DNA of 64,000 bases from Octopus vulgaris. Its lineage: Eukaryota. Made by a program: the position numbers and the translations under genes. This document shows, piece by piece, positions 55,910 through 64,000 of the stretch. The stretch is taken from the NCBI GenBank assembly GCA_951406725.2, contig OX597815.1, positions 14,136,001-14,200,000 of the forward strand, read 5' to 3'. Position 1 is the stretch's first letter; each line of letters starts with the position of its first letter. Below the pieces are notes generated by a model. The model was not told the origin of the DNA. It searched no databases and was given only the letters and a program-made list of their open reading frames with translations.

Positions 55910-56077
55910 TCTTACATTGGGACAAAATTTTAAGATTGTGTTTTTGTTTTGGGGTTCTTACATTGGGAAAAAATTTTAAGATTGTGTTTTTGTTTTGGGG
56001 TTCTTACATTAAGATTGTGTTTTTGTTTTGGGGTTCTTACATTGGGACAAAATTTTAAGATTGTGTTTTTGTTTTGG
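55910..56077. repeat. ~46-bp tandem repeat, ~4 copies
   Basis: cttacattgggacaaaattttaagattgtgtttttgttttggggtt repeated, one copy internally deleted. Confidence 0.9.
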
Positions 56078-57327
56078 TTTTTTTTTTACATAAACATAAG
56101 CCCTAATAATAAAGGAAGCTTAATAATACAGGAACATATTCAGTTACTTTTTCAATTAAAAAGCATCAGCAAATACAATTTGTAATTCTTGAACCGCTCA
56201 AAAATTCTGCATGGCTTCTGTGCGTTTTGAATTATTTTTTATAAGTAGTATATTATGGCAATAATCAAGGATAAAAGTTGCGAATATATTTAGGTTTAAG
56301 AACACCTAAAAGCTCGCAACGATATATGCATCTTTAATTTCGAAGGATAAGTATTATTGTTTCCCCTGGACATATAAACTTGTTAATCATCATCTTTACT
56401 CGTTTACGACTGGAGATTTCAGTCGTCCACTCATTAAACAGCCTGAAGAAAACTATGAAACTGTCATTCGTCCTGTAAAAGGTGTTGTCGGAATTTAGTA
56501 TCATTGTTGACAAGTGTGAAATTCAAACTCAAGTGTGCTTCAATAATGAGTGAGATTTGCAACTCTTCAGTTTCAGAGGCTTACAAGAAACTATGAGGTT
56601 CATTTTGCTCTGCAGTTTTCGTGCATTTAATTAACTGCTTAGATTTTGATGTTACTACGTTACACCTTGTACCCATTAATTCGAAACAAAATGAACAATA
56701 GAAACGCAGTTGCCTTGACGATATATTCGAACCGCACACTTCTCTAACAAAAACTACTTTGAGAAATAAAAAGAGGTGTTCTGTATGGTGAAGCAATCAG
56801 TTGACAAGATGGTTTGTGTTCTTCTGGTTTCCGTGTGTAGGATTTTTAATTTGAGTAGTTAATGAAGAGAAAGTCAAAGTAATATTAGAAGTAAGGTAAA
56901 TTTTAACTTAATAAATTCGTAAGTTTTGCTAATCTCGAAAAAGCTCTATTTCCCATAATCCCTGTTCCTAAGGGGTTTTTTTGAGTGTGTGTGATATGTG
57001 GAGTAAATATATTACCGTGATGCATTTTATCACTGGACTGAAGCCACAGTTACAGTGGAAATAGAGTTGTTTTAAAGAACATCATCAAAATAATACGACC
57101 GAATATGGCTCTCGAATCCGTTAGCAAACATGTCCATTCTCGGAATCAATCTGACACCAGACTCTCGATATGGCATCAGTTCACACCATCAGAACCTTCA
57201 ATGTAGAAATTTTCTCTTTCTTTCTTTCTTTCTCTATCTCTCTCCCTCATTCTCTCTCCACTATCTATCTTTCCCTCTCTCTCTTTCTCTCTCTAGCTAT
57301 TTATCCGTTTAACAGTCTGATTGCCTG

Positions 57328-57614
<287 letters not shown>

Positions 57615-57944
57615 ACTTACTTGGAAATGGATGCATGGCGTTCAATCATATAATAATATAAATAATATATATATATATATTCCTCTTCAGGCTACTAATA
57701 TCCCTCTTCACTGCCCCCAAACTATAGACATGCAACCTAGACACCTCATACTAAACCTACACTGACACCACTAACACGTAATTCGAAAACATCCATCCAC
57801 GCCAATGTTGTCGGGCACGAAATCATAATTACTGCACATATCAATGCAATATTATACGCCAGTCAACCTGTCAATAAATGAGCGCCTAACTAGAAGCCCC
57901 TGGGTTACTGCTAATGTAGAGACTCCTAATTAATGATGGTCTTT

Positions 57945-58143
57945 GTGGAGGCGCGTGGCATAATGGTTAAGGTGTTGGACTCATGATCGTAAGATTGTGG
58001 TTTCGATTCCTGCATCGGGCGACGCATTGTGTTCTTGAGCAAAACACTACATTTCACGTTGCTCCAGTCCACTCAGCTGGCAAAATGAGGAGGAATATAT
58101 ACGCCATGGAAACCGGGAAACCGTCCCTTATGAGTCAGTATGA
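57945..58143 (+). mobile_element. tRNA-derived SINE
   Basis: gtggcataatggttaaggtg..ggtttcgattcc..cttgagcaa..gctccagtccactcagctg. Confidence 0.75.
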
Positions 58144-59415
58144 CTTACTTAATTATTTACTTACTTACTGAGGATCTCTCCTGACGAACAAGCATCTTCT
58201 ATATAGCTAAGGCTGCATCACAAAGCGTCCGCTACAAGGCTAGAAACAAGCAAAACCCCGACCCAGCAACTACTAATCCTCGGCAAACTTCAGATAAAAG
58301 CAAAAGCTGATCCCACAGCCGAAATGCATCACATAATTTGTCTCCCAAACATCAGCACTTTCGAATGACGAGCTACTACATGTATTAGTTGAACCCTTTA
58401 ATTATGTATTTGATCTACACGGTCAGAAGCACGGTGTCTTCAAGATCAATCGAAAACTAAAGGAGAAATTAAGCCAATAATGTGATTGCTGATACTATTT
58501 TCTTTATGTTCTACATTACTCTTGCTTTCAAACTAACCGACCCTCCATTTTGAATATAAGCAGAAGTGGATACTGGTATGCATAACGATGAAGTGAAAGT
58601 AAAGGGTATCATCTCAAACTGTTAGTAGTAAATACAGATAGTCGCAAGAACTGGCAAGCAAGGTAGTGATTAACCACTATATATGGAAATTCATAAGATG
58701 ATGTCATGTATGATGTGAAATGGACTCCTGTTTATTGAGGGCATAATTTCAAAGTTTACCAAGTATCCTCGACTGAAAAAAACAAATTTGCTTCAACTTA
58801 AAGAAAAAAATTATAGTGTCTTGTAGGCTTTTATCGCAGAAAGATAGTATAATGCTTTATAAATCACAGACATGAGCGTACATGCAGGGAATTAGTATAG
58901 TCAATATAATAAACAGAAGTACTTCAATGTTCCTTTTAATTGTAGGAGACAGAATGAAAGTAACAGTCGACTTCGAAGAGAATTTTACTGAGGCTGTAAT
59001 GTAGGATAATATGTACAATGCATTTCGTCCGCAACTCCACTGATTTTATCAATTCACATGATAATAGAAATATACTTACCACGTCTGAAGAAAGATAAAG
59101 TTGTTATAAGACAGATTTATATCGCGGCGCTAGCTTAAGACGTGTTTTCACAGCTCTATGATAAAATCAATTCTCATACACAGAACTAACACTGTGGATC
59201 AAATTGTATCAATAACGACATATATACACGTGAAAAGACTTCATTAACACTATTTTCACCAGAACTATTTTATTGGAAATTTGTGGTCAGTTTCTGATTA
59301 TGTTCCTAAGCCATAACACACAGATGTCAGTTAGAGAAACGTGGTGCGACAATGTACAACAGGTTTTTTGTGAGAAATACACAAAAACAAATGTAGGTTC
59401 TAAATGCATAAATAA

Positions 59416-59466
<51 letters not shown>

Positions 59467-59996
59467 CCTTTTTATACAGACAAAAAGACAAACAAGTAGG
59501 TAGAGTGATAGAAAGAAAAAAAGAAATAATGACAGAAAGAATGAAAGAAAGGAAGGAAGGAAGGAAGAAAGACACATCCGAGTATTGTACCGAACGCAAT
59601 GCAAAAGTCGGCACAACATATTTATTATCACTGGCTTGTCGTTCATCTTATACATGATTATTGATTAAATCTTCCTCGATGCGAGCAAGTCATAGACTGA
59701 GTGTACCTCAAGAAAGGTCGTCCGCCCAGCTTCTGCGTATTGGGTTGTGAAGCATATATATACTAGATGTAGCAAATAATTTCACATTTTGCAATGTTAA
59801 ATTTTCTGCTCTTCTCCAACTCATTTATAGGTACACTTATGTCTTGCAACAAGTTTTCAACGTCACAAGGGCTCTTAATTGCATAAGATACGTTTTGCAT
59901 CACAAGCACCACAGTGAGTGGTTGTTTGCACAATTGAGGGCGTGTTTGATAGACTCGCTGCAAACAGCTTGTGCAAATACAAACAGACACATACAC

Positions 59997-60055
<59 letters not shown>

Positions 60056-60056
<1 letters not shown>

Positions 60057-60217
60057 TCTTTTTTGACTGCTGTGTCGCCATTTTTCGGTGTATTTCAACC
60101 AGAAAAATGTTCACTTAAAGAGAATAACAAGCTACATAATGCAAAATTTTTACTTTTCAAAAATTCCAATTCTACAGTGTGGAAACAAACCCGAGCAACG
60201 CCGGGCGATACTGCTAG
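60056..60217 (+). mobile_element. Non-autonomous Helitron 3' part
   Basis: Homologous to ~18600-18760; ends ccgagcaacgccgggcgatactgCTAG|t. Confidence 0.8.
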
Positions 60218-60533
60218 TGACATTATACAGCTCTCTGGTAATTGCAATAACACAGCTCAGTGGTGATTATTCCAGTTTTTGCTACAACGAAACAGTTCAA
60301 TAGTGCTAAAAGCACACCTCAGCTGTGTTCTGTTGTATTGAAATTCGAATATTTAATACTATGCTATTTATGCTAGACGCAAGAATACTTTACTGGGGCA
60401 TATATACTTTCTTAGGCACATTACATTTTTATGAACGTTAATACAGGCGTATAAATATCTTTGTTTACATAGTACATTTCTCTGTAATCTGTACACAGCT
60501 ACTTTGCTGTCCATACATATAGCGCGCGCGCGC

Positions 60534-60571
<38 letters not shown>

Positions 60572-61509
60572 ACATAATCCAAGTATATATTTCGTAGTTT
60601 CTGTTTCGGCTTTACATTTATAACTTGAAATTTTTTACTTATACTTACTTCAATCTCAAGCACAAACAGTACTTTATGACATCAAATAGAAAAAGAAAAA
60701 TAACAACAGCAGAAATAACAAAGACAAACGGCGCTGTACATGGAAATTTTTTTCTTACTGATAAAATAATATTTTATCATGAAATAATGCTTTATAGCAT
60801 TATATACACAAATTACCTGTAACATATATGTACAACATAATTTGTATATATCGTTTCAAAGAAACAACATTTTCCGGAGCGCATACGAACAAGTACGTAC
60901 ACATTTTACGTAATCTTAGAAGCAAACTCTGCAGTTAAAATTACATCAGCAAAAAAGTAACTTAGCTTTTCTTAGTTACCGAAACAAATAATCTAATATT
61001 TTTTCGAAATTTTGTTGGTGTGATGAAATAAAACGACATTCAGGAAATTGCATCGTTTTCACATTTCTCTTGTCTGCTATATTTCATTAAATCTTGTAAT
61101 GTAATATATATTTAAACTGTTTTGATTTTGATACACTCTTGACATGGAACAAACGTATATCTTGATTTGTAATTTTCCAGTCTAAAACCTTTCAAACAGT
61201 TGATAGTATCTCGGTAATTTTCCTGATACTAATTTCTCTTTACATAAATTCTTTCTTTTTTTTTTATTTTCAACGATGTCAGCTTATCGTGTTAACAATG
61301 TACTTCTAACGACGACATTTAAAATTGCAAACACCTTTCGTAGAATTTACTAATTTGCTTGGGTAATTCAGGAAGTCAAAGTTATTTTTTTATCTTCCTC
61401 TTTAATTCTCGTTTCCTTTATAAGTATGCCACTTTTCTCAACAATTACCAATGTTGTACATTACAGGTATAATCTGGTACTATTCACCCACATATTCATA
61501 TGCACAGAA

Positions 61510-61895
61510 GTGGAGGCGCAATGGCCCAGTGGTTAGGGCAGTGGACTCGCGGTCGTAGGATCGCGGTTTCGATTCCCAGACCGGGCGTTGTGAGTGTTTA
61601 TTGAGTGAAAACACCTAAAGCTCCACGAGGCTCCGGCAGGGGATGGTGGTGATCCCTGCTGTACTCTTTCACCAAAACTTTCTCTCACTCTTACTTCCTG
61701 TTTCTGTTGTACCTGTATTTCAAAGGGCCGGCTTTGTCACTCTCTGTGTCACGCTGAATATCCCCGAGAACTACGTTAAGGGTACACGTGTCTGTGGAGT
61801 GCTCGGTCACTTATACGTTAATTTCACGAGCAGGCTGTTCCGTTGATCGGATCAACCGGAACCCTCGTCGTCGGAACCGACGGAGTGCTTCCATC
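61510..61895 (+). mobile_element. tRNA-derived SINE
   Basis: Colinear with 54675-55057; degenerate TSD tatgcacaga / tatgtacaga. Confidence 0.9.
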
Positions 61896-62305
61896 CTTAT
61901 GTACAGATACATTTCGGTTTTCTCTTATGATTTTTGTTTTCATTTTCTTATTTCAAATTATTCTTCCCTATTCACGCCAAGCTAAAGCATCACAGTTCTT
62001 AAAAAATATTAAAGCTAAAGTAATATTATTGAAAACAGAATACACATGTAAAATAATAATAACCTTCCAGATTATTCATTTCCTAGAATTGTATTCATGT
62101 GTTGTGTTTGGCTTGTGAAAGGGGATACTAAAACCCGTTTTCATTTAAAGCTAACTGGAAGCCAAAAATAAGTTAGAAATTTGAAAGATGGAGACAGGAA
62201 GTAAATGTCAGTGAATGAGATTGAATTCAAAAATTTGAATGAGAAATTGAGACCCTCTTTGAAAAAAGGCCATAAAAGCCACATTAGATAAGTTTTAAAT
62301 GCGTG

Positions 62306-62357
<52 letters not shown>

Positions 62358-62559
62358 TGTGGGGGTACGTATATAAGTATATATGAGTGTGTGTGTGTGT
62401 GTGTGTATGTGGTGTGCGCAAATGTTTAAGATGCTTTGGAGAAAAACCTTCGTAGAAGAATGCTATGCAAAGCCCGTCCACAGTTATTGTCTACCTGGTG
62501 TTATAATGCAGTGGAAATGCCTCTGCTACTGGATATGCATCAGGAATTCCATAGCATCA

Positions 62560-62980
62560 TTGCTCAGTTTTATTTCAAGATTTCTTCCCAATAGAGAAAG
62601 CCGGTTTCTAACCTAGATCCGAGGCTCCTTCATTGGAATTTCAACATCAACAACAGGGTATTTCTGTATGTATGTATGTATGTATGTATGCATGTATATA
62701 TGTATAGATGGATGGATGGATGGATGGATGGATGGATGGATGGATGGATGGATGGATGAATGTATGTATATGTCCAGATATGCATGCTTTGTTTTATCTA
62801 TGTATTCTATTGGATATAGTTGCATACCTATACATGCTCATATATATTTAATTAATAAGCATCTGGAGAAAGTTATACAGATTTTTACAGTTCCATTGAC
62901 GGATTCTATCTGTAGTCTTCGAATTAGCATTTTTCTTTCTGGTTTTGGAAGCCTAATTTCTCAATTATGTCTGGCCAACA
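62560..62980 (-). mobile_element. R4/Dong-like LINE 3' tip with microsatellite-containing UTR
   Basis: [20 protein letters not shown]; 62581-62665 is homologous to 54440-54525. Confidence 0.6.
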
Positions 62981-63099
62981 TACAATTCTTCATAATTTGG
63001 GCATATTATACATATTATTTATACTATATATTCTATATTCTACGTTAATATTATAAAGAATATAAATAAAACATAAAAAACAGAGTTGGAATTTCTTTG

Positions 63100-63145
<46 letters not shown>

Positions 63146-63171
63146 ATGGATGGATGGATAGATAGATAGAG

Positions 63172-63265
<94 letters not shown>

Positions 63266-64000
63266 TTGTATATGCGAATCTTAGATTAGTTAAAATTTAT
63301 TTGTGACAAATTTCAACTGCTAAAGGCAAATTAACTGCAGCTACCATGGAGAATAAAATTCTCTCTTGTGGTAAAAAGGTGTAAAAAGACCGTATCTGTC
63401 CACCCGCCACCAGTTAAATTCACAAATATTGATGTTTCTAGCTCCTTAGCCGGCATGATTCAAAAATTCCGAAGAGAGAAAAACTCTGGGTATACCTAAT
63501 AAAAGCCGTAGCTTTAACCAAGATACAGTCAACAACATTGACTGATTTGCACCAGTAGACCGCCAAGGCCGTGAAAAGTTCAGTAATAGCAACGCCAAGC
63601 AGTGTGTAGCCTCAAGGTTAGTTAAAATATATTTGTGACATACTTCAGTTGCTAAAGTCAAATACGTATGGATGTTACAATATGGATGTATGCCGAACAC
63701 CTAAAGCTTTCACTTCATATTTCCGGTAAGTTTTAAGGCAATTAATCATAATAACTATGTATAGAATTAAATCAAAATAAATCATAATAAAGTCGATTAG
63801 AAGTTATCATATGGATCAAAGCATTAATCGTACGATGACAGTCAATAATGAATTTTATGGCGAAGATAGCAGTAAGATAGGAGGCTAGCACATAAATTCT
63901 ACATTATGAATGTATCCACACCTTCCTTCAAAAATTCCATCGAAACCACTCACTCATAGACATACATAAATTCCCAAACTAAGTTAAATTAACACCCACA

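Overview
AT-rich, microsatellite-saturated, non-coding eukaryotic DNA. The SINE/LINE repertoire and (TA)n/(CA)n/(TAGA)n/(TACA)n density suggest a cephalopod such as Octopus; this is inference, not a database result. No intact host gene is supported, and nearly all listed ORFs are microsatellite translations. The window is a mosaic of decayed transposable elements: CR1/L2-group LINEs, R4/Dong-like LINEs, a Penelope-like RT piece, Tc1/mariner copies, Helitrons, a Gypsy pol fragment and several tRNA-derived SINE families. The main signal is about a dozen loci with a minimal Type I hammerhead-ribozyme (HHR) topology: helix I - CUGANGA-type core - helix II - GAA + palindromic helix III + H - helix I'. 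They sit in short Penelope-pLTR/retrozyme-like units whose 3' ends mostly abut (TA)n, often as head-to-head foldbacks. Their cores include the C3-G8, G3-C8 and U3-A8 versions of the tertiary pair, plus recurrent U4C and A6U variants. Structures were folded by eye and activity is untested.
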